Positions 45,405 through 55,814 of a stretch of DNA of 64,000 bases are shown here, piece by piece. Position numbers and translations under genes: made by a program. Source of the stretch: Chloroflexota bacterium. GTDB lineage: Bacteria; Chloroflexota; UBA11872; VXOZ01. Position 1 is the stretch's first letter. Each line of letters begins with the position of its first letter. The notes below the pieces were generated by a model, which saw only the letters and a list, made by a program, of their open reading frames with translations, had not been told where the DNA came from and did no database searches. The DNA lies in assembly GCA_965208315.1 (NCBI GenBank), contig OZ242329.1, forward strand, positions 3,371,080-3,435,079, read 5' to 3'.

Positions 45405-48400
45405 CTCTCATCTCGCTGTGTCAGCAGCAGTATCGCCCCGATGCGTCGGGCGGTGTCGGTGAAGTGTTGGACTTCTGCGGGCTTGAGGGGGCGGTCGAGA
45501 ATCGCTTGTTCACGGTAGGAGAGCCATTTCTTGAGGACTTGGTAGCCGCCGAGTTTGTAGCGCCAGACGTTGGCGGGGACGTTGCGCCAGTAGGCGCGGT
45601 CGTTGAGGTAGATGTCGTAGGTGGTTGCGCCGAGGTTGGCGATGGTGTTGCCGAGGGCCTCGCGTTCGGCGGGGGTGTAGGCGCGCTCGCAGGACTTTCC
45701 CTGGCCGGGCATGACCGCTTCGCCGCTGCCGAAGTGCCCCCAGCCGGCGGTGAGGGCAAAGTCGTCAGCGGTCATGTTGCGGTCGTCGGTGGTGGCGGGC
45801 ACGGCGATGACGGCGATTTCGGGTCGCAACGGACTCTTGGTTACTCCCTGGACGGGTGTGTCGGAGTCGAGGAGGTGGGCCAGTTGCCGGCCGCGGGCGG
45901 CGGAGGCGGCAAGTTCTCGGGCCGCATCGGAAGGAAGATGGACTCCCGCTTTCGCGGGAGTGACGGACTTATCCGCACTGGCGAGTTCGGGCCAGCCGGT
46001 CAGCGGGATGCGCGGCCACACCATGCGTAGGGGCGTTGGTCTCACGGTAAGCGGGGTCGTGGAGCACGTCGAGCGCGTGGTAGAAGAGGTCTTCCACGCC
46101 CCAGGCGAGACGATCAAGGTAGCGTTGCGCGGCAGGAGTGAGGTTGGGGAGACGCTTTACGGTCGTTTCGTCGGCTCCGAGGCCGATATCGCGGGTCCAG
46201 GCGGGAAAGAAACTGGATAATCCGTTCCCAAAGTTGTCCGCAAGATTGCGAGTCAGTGTTCCCCGCGAGAAATCTTCACGCGCTTCTCTTTCTCGCGCTT
46301 CGAGCCACACGTTCCCCTCGAACACATGCGGCCCGTATTCTGAGCGAGGCCGGTCCAGTAGTCCGCTTTCCGTTTCGCAGTAAAGCCAGCGGGTGTCGAA
46401 AGGCCGGTAGGCGTAGCGTATGAATCCACTCTCAATTGGCCCGCCACGGCCAAGCAGCGCATTGCGGATGGAGGGAGCGTTAAATCCCGCCGTGCTACGC
46501 ATCACGCCCGGATAGCGCCGCGCGATTTCCTCATGGCTTAGTTCCGCGTCAAAATAATCTGCGACGCGCGCCTGGAGCTGGTCAAGGTCCACGTCAACTA
46601 GAAATGAGTCACGGCTGGTCTTGACTCCCGGATACGAGGTCGGAAACAAGCCCGGCAGCGCGGGCCAGTCGAACCAGTCCTCGCTGACTGCTATCGGCTT
46701 GAACGGCAATCCAAGCCGTATATCGGGTTCGAGCTTCGCATACCCCGAATCCATTGTGGGAGCATCCAGGCTATCCAGCAGCGCTTGCCGTCTCTCATCT
46801 GCCCGCGCTTGGTCAAAGCCGCGGTACAGGACGTGTTTGCCTTCAGTTGAACTGGCAGACGTTTTCGATAATAGCGTGATACTTGTGCCTATCCTTATGC
46901 CGGGTGACTTTCCGCTAATCGAAAAAACCGTTTCACTTGTCCGTCCGTCGGGCGCATATTCCGAAATGATACGGTCGCCGTGCAGGTTATCGATGCGGAT
47001 GATGTCAAACGCCTCCAGGTAGCGTTCCCGCATACCGGTGAACGAGAGCCCGTCGAGCCAGGAATAGTTGGAGATGAAGCAGACGACGCCTTGGCCGGAT
47101 TTCTCGGCGATGCGGCGTTCGGCCATGCGGAAGAAGCGGACGTAGAGGTCGTTCAGCCCCTGTCCTTCCGGGCGGCGCACGCGCTTGGTGGCGCGGTAGG
47201 CCTCCGAGAGCTCCCGTTCCTCGTCCACGGCCATACCGGCGAAGCCGTTGTAAGGCGGATTGCCGAGCACCACCAGGATGGGCTTCTCTTGTTTGACCGA
47301 GTTCGCCCGCTCGCGCTCCTCTTCTAGCTCGGGGAACGGCAACGCCTTCCATCCTGACGGCTCCCAGCCGGTGAGGGCGTTGGTGAGGAAGATACCGGCG
47401 CGCTCGTCGCCGTCTTCCGCTAAAGGCGCGTCAAGGGCCTGCATAGTGAGGCCGACCTGAAGGTGCGCCACGACGAACGGGGCGGGCATGATCTCGAAGC
47501 CGAAGACCCTCTGCGTGGCGGCCTGCTTTACCTGTGCGCCGGTGAGCGCGCCCACGCGGCTTTGAAGATTCTCCGCGATGCGCCGCAGCGTCTCGGCCAG
47601 GTACGCGCCGGTGCCGCAGCAGGGATCGAGCACGTAGACGTTCTCCGCCGCCAGTCCGTCGGCAATGCCGAGATCGTCTTTGAGCGCCTTGTCCACCCGC
47701 GCCACCATGTAGCGCACCACCTCCACAGGGGTGTACCACACGCCCAGTTGCTTGCGCAGGGCGGGATCGAAGGCTTCCAGGAACGGCTCGTAGAAGTACG
47801 GCACCGCTTCGCCTTCGCTGAAACGCTTGAAGAAGGCTTCCCGATCCACGCGATCAAGCGCGGCGGCGGTCCAGTTAAGCACCTCGACCAACCCCAGCGA
47901 TTGCAGGCGGGCGGGGTCGGAGAGTTGCTGAAAGAGCGCCCGCAATACCGGCGCGCGCAAGTGCCAAACGGCAGTGCGCCATTCGAATGCGCCGGCAGGC
48001 GGCGGGACTGCCCGCGACCACAACACCCAGGCGGAAAAGACGCCGTAGAAGAGCGTTTGCACCAGCGTTGACCGGAAAAAGGCGGCACCCCTCTCGCCCT
48101 CAAATCGGACACCGAGCGCTTCTTCAAGCGCCTCGCGCACCGCTGTCAGGGACGGCGTGTCGCCCGCCGCCTCAACCCGTGCCAAGCCGTCGCGGGCGTA
48201 GGAGGCCAGCAGCCACGCCAGGTCGCGCGGCTCAGCCAGCACCGCACGGTGCGAGAGCGCGCGGCAAAGATACTCGCCCAGTCCCGCGCCAACCTCGCGG
48301 GCAAAGGCGCGGGGCGTGTGCAAGCGCTCATCGAATTCGTCCGCGCTCTCTGCCAGCCGGAAGGTCTCAAGCGTAGCCGGCCGACCTTGCGCATCCTCAC

Positions 48401-48806
48401 CGAGCAAAACGAAATCACGGCAGTTCGTCACCAGCACGAGCCGGTAACGCTCCCAATACCGGCTTACTTGGTCGCTTGCGGCGGTCACCCATGCATCGTC
48501 TCCGAGCGGCTTGACCTCCACCACGCCTCGCTCCGGCAAATCTCCGCTCGATTTCTTGCCCGCTTTCGAGGACGAGCCAGAAGACTTACGTTTCAAATAG
48601 AGGCCAAAATCGGGATGTCCCGCGCCTTGGTCAGCCATGTCGCTAACACAGTGAACCTTGGACTTGAGGGTGTCACCAATGGCGTTCAATAGGATAGATA
48701 GCGGCGGGTAGAGCGAGCGTTCGTCAGTCGCTCCGCCGGACGCGCGTATCCGTCGCACGTCGATAAAGTAGTTTTCAACTGCGGTTATTAGTTTCTTCGA
48801 ATTCAT
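45401..48806 (-). pseudogene. Single-chain REase-MTase-TRD restriction-modification enzyme (type IIG/IIL; ISP-like C-terminal specificity domain, no helicase), frameshifted at 46030-46033 (about 1134 aa if repaired)
   Basis: PD-(D/E)xK-like GHPDFGLY..VVEVK, motif I LDPCCGTG, motif IV GNPPY and WLDGLSFTGMR. Removing one C joins PAYRETNA to LRMVWPRIP, then VWRYKLGGYQVLKKWLSYRE. Confidence 0.85.
45935..45967. repeat. CGTC-type REP inside the R-M coding sequence, read in-frame as SVTPAKAGVHL
   Basis: AAGATGGACTCCCGCTTTCGCGGGAGTGACGGA matches the intergenic copies at 16574 and 37894 except for a compensatory T/A to C/G pair change. Confidence 0.85.
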
Positions 48807-48988
48807 GTACGTCGTCTAGACATATTTGAGAATTTCATCCTCATGCCTCATCACTTAGCTGCGATTCAGAGGGAGTCCCATACCCGCTGACCATGCTATC
48901 AGGCTATGGATATATTGTCGTCTCGTGATTGCCAGAGATGCCGATAGAAGCCCCATTAGCAAATGCGAAGTCTGCCGAGACAGAATAC

Positions 48989-49016
48989 TTGACGAGGGCA
49001 TTTCAGCGTGTACACT
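48989..49016 (+). promoter_or_regulatory. Candidate sigma70 promoter of the peptide ABC operon
   Basis: TTGACG-16 nt-TACACT. Confidence 0.45.
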
Positions 49017-49182
49017 ATGGACTCAAATCGTGTAACTGCAGCAGCTTCTTGCACAGGGGGTTTTCCCGCGCGCTAGAACGGGTGGAGCGACCTTAAGAAA
49101 TAGAGAAAAGTGTTTGGATTCGTGCGGTTCAGTTCAGCGAGAAGTGCTGCAAGAGGGATAGTTTTGCAAGGGAGGAAACACG

Positions 49183-51162
49183 GTGTTTAGATCATTGTGG
49201 ATGAGAGCGGCCGTTTTCTTGGCCGCCATCTTTGTTGCGCTTGCGCTCGCGTCGTGCGCGCAGGAAGCGCCGGCCGCGCCGGAGGCCATGCCGGAGAAGG
49301 AAGCGGTTGAAGCCCCGGCGGAGATGGGCCCCAAGGTCTATCGCATGGGCATCTTCGAAGAGCCCATTTCACGCAATTTCTGGAACTACTACGGCGGCCC
49401 CGGCGGCTCGGTGTGGACGCAATACGTCCTGAGCGGTTGGGCCGGCGCGCTCTATGGCTACTCGGACCAGAACTTCGAGTGGGTCCCGAGCCTGGCGGCG
49501 GACTTCCCGACGGACCTCGCGAAAGAGACCGTGGACGGCACTGAGTACTGGACCACCGAGGTGCCAATCAGACAGGGCATCATGTGGAGCGACGGCGAGG
49601 AGCTTAACGCGGACGACATCATCTTCACGGCGCACACCGTGCTCGAGATGGGCATCAGCGGTAACTTCGGTGCCGTGGTCGACCCCGCCTTCCTCGACCG
49701 CATTGAGGCCATGGACAGCCATCGCATCAAGATCTTCTTCAAGGCGGCCGACGCCGAGGGCAATCCCCAGACGCCCGGCCTGAGCATCTGGCAATTCGGC
49801 CTGGCCTTCATGCCGATTCTGCCGGAGCACTACTGGGCTCCCGTGGTGGCAGAGGCCAAGAAGGCCGGCGAACCGGAGGCACAAATCGAGGCGCTCATGG
49901 CGCACGTGCCTGAGAACGATCCTACCCTGGGCGGCTTCACGTTCGGCAAGTGGGAACCGGGCGCCTTCTTCGAGAACAGCCGGGCCGACAACTACTACGC
50001 CACCGGCTCCGTCATCACGCGGTATGCCAGCGGCGTATTGCAGGAAGTCAACGAGCGGCTGGGCTACACCGCCACGTACTTCGGCGAGGCCGGTGGTGAC
50101 AAGGAATTGGAGTACACGGTTGGCCCCCACGTGGATTCCGCTCTCTTCAGCATCTATGGCAACCAGGATGCCGCTATCCTGGCGCTGACCAAAGGCGACA
50201 TCGACTACGTCTTCAATCCCCTTGGTCTGGAGAAGGGCTTCCGCGAGCGCATTCAAGCGGCGGGCGACCTGGAAATCGTCTCCAATCTGGACAACGGCAT
50301 GTTCTACCTGGGCTTCAACGTGCGTAAGGAGCCCATGAGCATCCGCGAGTTCCGGCAAGCGGTGGCGATCATGATCGACAAGGAGTTTGTCACCCAGACC
50401 GTGCTGCAGGGCGCGGCCATCCCTGCCTATTCCATGGTGCCGTCCGGTAACGCGGCCTGGTTCAACGCCGATACGGCCAAACTCGGCCAGGGCCTGAGCA
50501 GAGGCGAGCGGCTCACGCAAGCCGTTGAATTGCTCAAGAGCGCCGGCTTTACCTATGAAGAAGAGCCGGAAATCAGCGAGGACGGCAACTTCGTGGCCAA
50601 GGCGGGCAAGGGTCTCAAAATGCCCGACGGCTCGGACGTGCCGGCCCTAACGATCATCGCGCCCAGCGCGGGCTACGATCCGCTGCGCGCCACGTTCGCC
50701 ATCTGGATCGAGCGCTGGTTGAATGACGTCGGCATTCCGGTGCGCGCCAACCTGACCGGCTTCAACGTCATTGTGGGCGTGCTGTTCAGCGAGACCGTGC
50801 AAGAAGACCTTGACATGTGGATCCTGGGCTGGAGCCTGAGCCTCTTCCCGGACTACTTGGAGACCTTCTTCAACGGCCGCCGCGCGCCGGAGAATGACGG
50901 CGGCTACAACTGGGGCGGCTACGCCAACCCGGATTACGACACCATCTCCTTCGACCTGCTCTCTGAGACTACCATCGAAGGGGCGCGTGAAAAGGTATTC
51001 CAGTTACAGGAATTCCTTGCCGAAGACCTGCCCTATGTGACGCTGTTCACCATTCCAAAGTTGGATTCCTACCGGCCATCCAGTGTCGACTTCCCGTACA
51101 CTGAGGTCCTGGGCGGCTTGGAAGGTGTGAGCGGCATGCAGACGGCGGTGCAGGTCAAGTAA
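49183..51162 (+). CDS. Peptide ABC transporter solute-binding lipoprotein (OppA/DppA-like)
   Basis: Lipobox LALASC, PSLAAD, WSDGEELNADD and FRQAVAIMIDK. SD GGAGGA. Confidence 0.93.
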   Translation: MFRSLWMRAAVFLAAIFVALALASCAQEAPAAPEAMPEKEAVEAPAEMGPKVYRMGIFEEPISRNFWNYYGGPGGSVWTQYVLSGWAGALYGYSDQNFEWVPSLAADFPTDLAKETVDGTEYWTTEVPIRQGIMWSDGEELNADDIIFTAHTVLEMGISGNFGAVVDPAFLDRIEAMDSHRIKIFFKAADAEGNPQTPGLSIWQFGLAFMPILPEHYWAPVVAEAKKAGEPEAQIEALMAHVPENDPTLGGFTFGKWEPGAFFENSRADNYYATGSVITRYASGVLQEVNERLGYTATYFGEAGGDKELEYTVGPHVDSALFSIYGNQDAAILALTKGDIDYVFNPLGLEKGFRERIQAAGDLEIVSNLDNGMFYLGFNVRKEPMSIREFRQAVAIMIDKEFVTQTVLQGAAIPAYSMVPSGNAAWFNADTAKLGQGLSRGERLTQAVELLKSAGFTYEEEPEISEDGNFVAKAGKGLKMPDGSDVPALTIIAPSAGYDPLRATFAIWIERWLNDVGIPVRANLTGFNVIVGVLFSETVQEDLDMWILGWSLSLFPDYLETFFNGRRAPENDGGYNWGGYANPDYDTISFDLLSETTIEGAREKVFQLQEFLAEDLPYVTLFTIPKLDSYRPSSVDFPYTEVLGGLEGVSGMQTAVQVK

Positions 51163-51252
51163 CAGCCCACGGTCGTTACGCCGAAATCGATGCCTGCTGG
51201 CGTTGGTTTCATCAAGGATTGGCCGTAGCTGCGCGCACTACGAGACGCAGCA

Positions 51253-51280
51253 GTAGGGGCACGATATATCGTGCCCCTAC
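51253..51280. repeat. Family-A GTAG REP
   Basis: Perfect palindrome GTAGGGGCACGATATATCGTGCCCCTAC. Confidence 0.85.
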
Positions 51281-51626
51281 TCTTGTCTATGGCTCGCACC
51301 CGCACCCTGGGAAGTGCCGGCATCGAGCGCACCGAAGGCGTTGCACAGCCCGTGCCAGCGGACGCGAAGGCTCCCTCTTCCTGGATTGGGTCGGTGTGAG
51401 CGGGTGTCCGCACCGTACCGCCTAGCTTGCGTGGCTCGTCAGAGCCGCACAAGGGCTACCCAAGTGCATATCGTGACCGCACACCAACGCCGGATCTGCG
51501 GTCTCGCGCGCGGCTTCAACACAAGTTTCTGCCTTTCCTCGCTTTGCCAATGGTCGGTTTGACTGCATGACCGCGAGCGTGAATAATGAGGCGCAATGGC
51601 CTGTTGGAAAAGGGTGGTGACGGCGG

Positions 51627-52775
51627 ATGGCTCGCTATCTCATTAGCAGAACGCTGCAGATTCTGCTGACGCTATTCGCGTTCATTTGCATTGTCTACTT
51701 CATCGTCAATGCGCAGCCGGGCGACATCAGCAACGTATATGCGATGAATCCCGAATTGCCGCCGGACGCCCGGGAGCGGCTGCAAAGCCAGTTTGGGCTC
51801 AACGAGCCGCTCTGGAAGCAATTCCTCGTATACGTGAGAAACGTCTTTACCGGCAGTTTCGGCGTATCGTTCAGCTTCTATCCCCGCACCGTCGCCGACG
51901 TCATTGCCGAGCGCCTGCCGCGCACCGTTGCGCTCTTCTTTACCGCCACGGTGTTTTCGTTCTACCTGGGATTCCTCTTGGGCAAGATCATTGCCTGGAA
52001 GCGCGGCGGCTGGACCGAGTACGCAACCACCATTGGCGGCGTGACGCTCTACACGGTCTTCACGCCTTGGTTCGCCCTCATGATGATCTGGCTCTTCGCC
52101 TTCAAGGCGGGGTGGTTTCCCATTGGCAAGTTTCTTGACCCCGTTCTCTGGCGAGATGCCCCGATTGAGGCGAACACGCTTTTCGGCCGCATGATGCTCA
52201 CAGCGCTGGCACTTTCCATTATCGTATTCGTCGTCTTTGTCATTACCACGCGGCTCCGTATCGGGGGGGCGCGGCTCATCCAACTTGGCAGCATTGTCGT
52301 GAGCATAGGGATAATGCTCGGAGCCTGGCGGCTGACCGGTCACGGCCATCTCGCCTGGGACATCGTCAAGCACATGGTCTTGCCGGTATTCACGCTTACC
52401 CTTATCAGCTTTGCCGGCACCATGCTGCTCACGCGCAACAGCATGCTGGAGACCATGCGCGAGGACTTCGTGCTGGCGGCCCGGGCCAAGGGCCTGCCGG
52501 AAAAGGCCGTCCGCGATAAACACGTGGCGCGCAACGCGCTGCTGCCGGTGGTGACCAGCCTCGTCTTCAGCTTGGCGTTTGCCGTGGACGGCGGCGTCAT
52601 CATCGAGTCGGTCTTCTCGTGGCCCGGCATGGGGCAAACGCTGGTGTCGGCGGCAGTAGCTGAAGACTTGCCCTTAGCTGTCGGCGCGTTCGTATTTGTA
52701 GGCATCTTCGTCCTGCTGGCCCACCTGGCGGTGGACGTGATCTACGTCTTTTTGGACCCAAGGATTAGGTACTAG
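51627..52775 (+). CDS. Peptide ABC permease (OppB/DppB-like)
   Basis: FGLNEPLWKQF, TRNSMLETMREDFVLAARAKGL (EAA loop) and ESVFSWPGMG. Confidence 0.95.
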   Translation: MARYLISRTLQILLTLFAFICIVYFIVNAQPGDISNVYAMNPELPPDARERLQSQFGLNEPLWKQFLVYVRNVFTGSFGVSFSFYPRTVADVIAERLPRTVALFFTATVFSFYLGFLLGKIIAWKRGGWTEYATTIGGVTLYTVFTPWFALMMIWLFAFKAGWFPIGKFLDPVLWRDAPIEANTLFGRMMLTALALSIIVFVVFVITTRLRIGGARLIQLGSIVVSIGIMLGAWRLTGHGHLAWDIVKHMVLPVFTLTLISFAGTMLLTRNSMLETMREDFVLAARAKGLPEKAVRDKHVARNALLPVVTSLVFSLAFAVDGGVIIESVFSWPGMGQTLVSAAVAEDLPLAVGAFVFVGIFVLLAHLAVDVIYVFLDPRIRY

Positions 52776-53725
52776 TGGCTGTAGACGTTGCCCCCCAAAG
52801 CGCAGCGCCCTCGATCCGGAAGGTACGGCTCACCCTGTTCATGCGGAGCCTGCGCGAAAACTGGTCGCTCTTTCTCGGCACGCGCATTGGCGTAATCGGC
52901 CTCGTGATTATCATATTCTATCTGGTGCTCGCCCTGGCCCATCCGATCCTCATGAACACGGTTTGGGAGGAGCGAGTCTACGATCCCGTTGTCGGCTATG
53001 CGTTTGACGAGACCCGCCAACCCGCACCCCCCAGCCGCAACCACCTGCTCGGAACCGATCCCCTGGGCCGGGATGTATTGAGTCAACTCATGCACAGCGC
53101 GCGGACGGAGTTCCTGCTGGGGCTGCTTGCTGCGGTCGTCACCGTCACCATCGGCACGACCGTCGGGGCGGTTGCGGCGTACTATGGCGGCATCATCGAT
53201 ACGATATTGATGCGATTCGCCGACCTCATGGTCATGATGCCGGGAATCAGCATCCTCATCGTCTTAAGTGCACTAATCGGCGTAGAGCACTTTGAACTGG
53301 CGCTCATCATCGGCATCCTCTCCGGTTTCGGCGGTGCGAGTATTCTCTTGAAGTCCCAGGCGCTTTCCGTGGTTGTCAAGCCGTACATCGACGCCGCCCG
53401 CGGCGCGGGCGGCGGTCCGCTGCACATCATCTTCATACACATTGTCCCAAATCTCCTGCCGCTCTCGTTCCTCTACATGATGTTCACGGTCACCGGCGCC
53501 ATCTTTTCGGAAGCGATCTTGAGCTTCTTGGGCCTCTTGGACGTGCGCATGAGTTGGGGCCTCATGATCCACACCACCGAAGCTGCCGGCTACTTGCTGC
53601 AGGTCGGCGCCTACTGGTGGCTGATCTTCCCGGCCAGTCTCTCCATTACCCTGCTCTGCACATCGTTCTACCTGGTAGGACGAGCCATGGATGAGATCGT
53701 CAACCCGAGGTTGCGGCGCCTATGA
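52775..53725 (+). CDS. Peptide ABC permease (OppC/DppC-like)
   Basis: HLLGTDPLGRDVLS, YIDAARGAG, HIVPN and EAILSFLG. Confidence 0.95.
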   Translation: MAVDVAPQSAAPSIRKVRLTLFMRSLRENWSLFLGTRIGVIGLVIIIFYLVLALAHPILMNTVWEERVYDPVVGYAFDETRQPAPPSRNHLLGTDPLGRDVLSQLMHSARTEFLLGLLAAVVTVTIGTTVGAVAAYYGGIIDTILMRFADLMVMMPGISILIVLSALIGVEHFELALIIGILSGFGGASILLKSQALSVVVKPYIDAARGAGGGPLHIIFIHIVPNLLPLSFLYMMFTVTGAIFSEAILSFLGLLDVRMSWGLMIHTTEAAGYLLQVGAYWWLIFPASLSITLLCTSFYLVGRAMDEIVNPRLRRL

Positions 53726-54687
53726 GCGGTTACCCCCTGCTAGCCGTCGAAGACCTCACGATGCACTACCAAACCCGTGCGGGCGAGGTGTGCGCGGTAG
53801 ACGGCGTTTCGCTCTCGCTGGAGAGAGGCCAGTCGCTGGGACTGGTGGGTGAATCCGGTTGCGGTAAGTCGTCTCTCGCCCTCGCACTCTTAAGGCTCCA
53901 GCCGGAGAATGCCCAGATATTGCGAGGCAAGGTTCTGCTGGACGGCGTAGACCTGGTGTCACTCTCTGAAGAAGAGATGCGCACGTACCGCTGGAACCGC
54001 ATTGCCATGGTATTCCAGTCCGCCATGAACGCACTGGACCCGGTGTATCGAGTCGGCGACCAGATTATCGAGGCTTTGGAACAACACAGCAATGCTGCCC
54101 GCCAAGACATGGTGGATCGCGTGGGCGAACTATACAAGCTTGTAAACCTCTCTCCCAACTTCATTCAGCGCTATCCCCACGAATACAGCGGCGGCATGAA
54201 ACAGCGCGCCATCATCGCCATGGCGCTGGCATGCGAACCGGACCTCATCATTGCGGACGAGCCTACTACGGCCCTGGATGTCATTGTGCAGGACCACATT
54301 CTGCGTGAGTTTGGGAACATTCGTAAAGAGCTCAACATGAGCATGCTCTACATTTCCCATGATATGGCCGTCATTGCCGAGGTGAGCGACGTTGTCGCCG
54401 TCATGTATGCGGGCAAGATTGTGGAGTACGGCACGGCTGAGGAAGTGTTCAATAAGCCCATCCATCCTTACACGCGGGCGTTGATGTCGGCATTTCCCAG
54501 CGTAACCGGCGAGAAGCACGAACTAGCGACGCTGGGCGGCGAGCCGCCGAACCCTCTGGACTTGCCATCCGGTTGCCACTTCCATCCGCGCTGCCCGTTC
54601 GCGACAGACATGTGCGCGGAGCAGGAGCCGCCAACGGTGCGCCGCGGCGACCACTGGGCCGACTGCTGGAATCCACCGGAGGACTAA
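53722..54687 (+). CDS. Peptide ABC ATP-binding subunit (OppD/DppD-like)
   Basis: GESGCGKS, YSGGMKQR, IIADEPTTALD and C-terminal GCHFHPRC. Confidence 0.96.
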   Translation: MSGYPLLAVEDLTMHYQTRAGEVCAVDGVSLSLERGQSLGLVGESGCGKSSLALALLRLQPENAQILRGKVLLDGVDLVSLSEEEMRTYRWNRIAMVFQSAMNALDPVYRVGDQIIEALEQHSNAARQDMVDRVGELYKLVNLSPNFIQRYPHEYSGGMKQRAIIAMALACEPDLIIADEPTTALDVIVQDHILREFGNIRKELNMSMLYISHDMAVIAEVSDVVAVMYAGKIVEYGTAEEVFNKPIHPYTRALMSAFPSVTGEKHELATLGGEPPNPLDLPSGCHFHPRCPFATDMCAEQEPPTVRRGDHWADCWNPPED

Positions 54688-54691
54688 GGCA

Positions 54692-55714
54692 ATGGCCGCA
54701 GCCGCACAACCGACCTCCTCCAACGAGGACCGCCCCTTGCTCCAGGTCGAAGGGTTGCGCAAGCACTTTCCCGCCGGCGCCTCACGATTCAGGCGCAACG
54801 AACGCTTCATTCACGCGGTTGACGACGTCAACTTCACCCTGGGGAGAGGTGAAAGTCTGGGGCTGGTCGGTGAATCCGGGTGCGGCAAGACTACCACCGG
54901 CAAGATGCTGGTTCGCCTGATAGACCCCACTGACGGACACGTGATATTTGACGACGGTACCGGCGAACCAACGGATATCGCGACGCTGCGCGGCAAGCCG
55001 CTGAAGGAATTCAGAAAACACGCGCAGATGATCTTCCAAGACCCCTACGAATCGATGAACCCCCGGCGCACGATATTTGATACCATCGCCGAGCCCTTGC
55101 AGGTTCAAGACATCGGCACATTGGTGGATCGCCTGGATCGCGTGATGGAGATGCTCGCTCTCGTCGGCCTCACGCCGCCGCGCACGTTCCTTTTTCGCTA
55201 CCCGCACGAACTGTCCGGCGGTCAGCGCCAGCGCGTGGCTATCGCGAGAGCCCTCATCGTCGAACCGTCGTTCGTCGTGGCCGACGAGCCGACCTCGATG
55301 CTGGATGTCTCCGTACGAACCGGCGTGATGCAGCTCATGGCAGATTTGGCGAGCGGTCTGGGGATCGGCTACCTCTACATCACCCACGACCTGGCGGTGG
55401 CCCGGTATATGTGCAGCCGCATCGCGGTCATGTATCTCGGCAAGATCGTCGAAATCGGCGACACGGAGGAAATTCTGCGCAGCCCACAGCACCCCTATAC
55501 CCAGGCGTTGCTCTCCGCGGTGCCGGTGCCGGATCCGACGGTGTCGCGCGAAGCGGTCAAGATCAAAGGCGGCGTTACCACGCTGATAAACCCCCCGGCC
55601 CAATGCCGCTTCTACCCGCGCTGTCCCATCGCCGACGACTACTGCGAAACCAACGACCACCCGCCCCTGGAACGCAAAGGCCAGGAGCAGGAAGTCTCCT
55701 GCTACAAGGCGTAG
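54692..55714 (+). CDS. Peptide ABC ATP-binding subunit (OppF/DppF-like)
   Basis: [27 protein letters not shown] and CRFYPRC. Confidence 0.96.
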   Translation: MAAAAQPTSSNEDRPLLQVEGLRKHFPAGASRFRRNERFIHAVDDVNFTLGRGESLGLVGESGCGKTTTGKMLVRLIDPTDGHVIFDDGTGEPTDIATLRGKPLKEFRKHAQMIFQDPYESMNPRRTIFDTIAEPLQVQDIGTLVDRLDRVMEMLALVGLTPPRTFLFRYPHELSGGQRQRVAIARALIVEPSFVVADEPTSMLDVSVRTGVMQLMADLASGLGIGYLYITHDLAVARYMCSRIAVMYLGKIVEIGDTEEILRSPQHPYTQALLSAVPVPDPTVSREAVKIKGGVTTLINPPAQCRFYPRCPIADDYCETNDHPPLERKGQEQEVSCYKA

Positions 55715-55814
55715 AGTTTCGATTCCTGTCTGGTAGCACTCCGATTATTCACACCGTCTGATTCGCTGCCCGCAGTTTCTGTAGGTACCACAAAGGCACG
55801 GTGAGTTCCTCTAT

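Noticed and set aside
44245-49180. tRNA-anchored integrative element with attL/attR
   Set aside because: No integrase, and no repeat of either tRNA 3' end was found at the far side (48810-49180).
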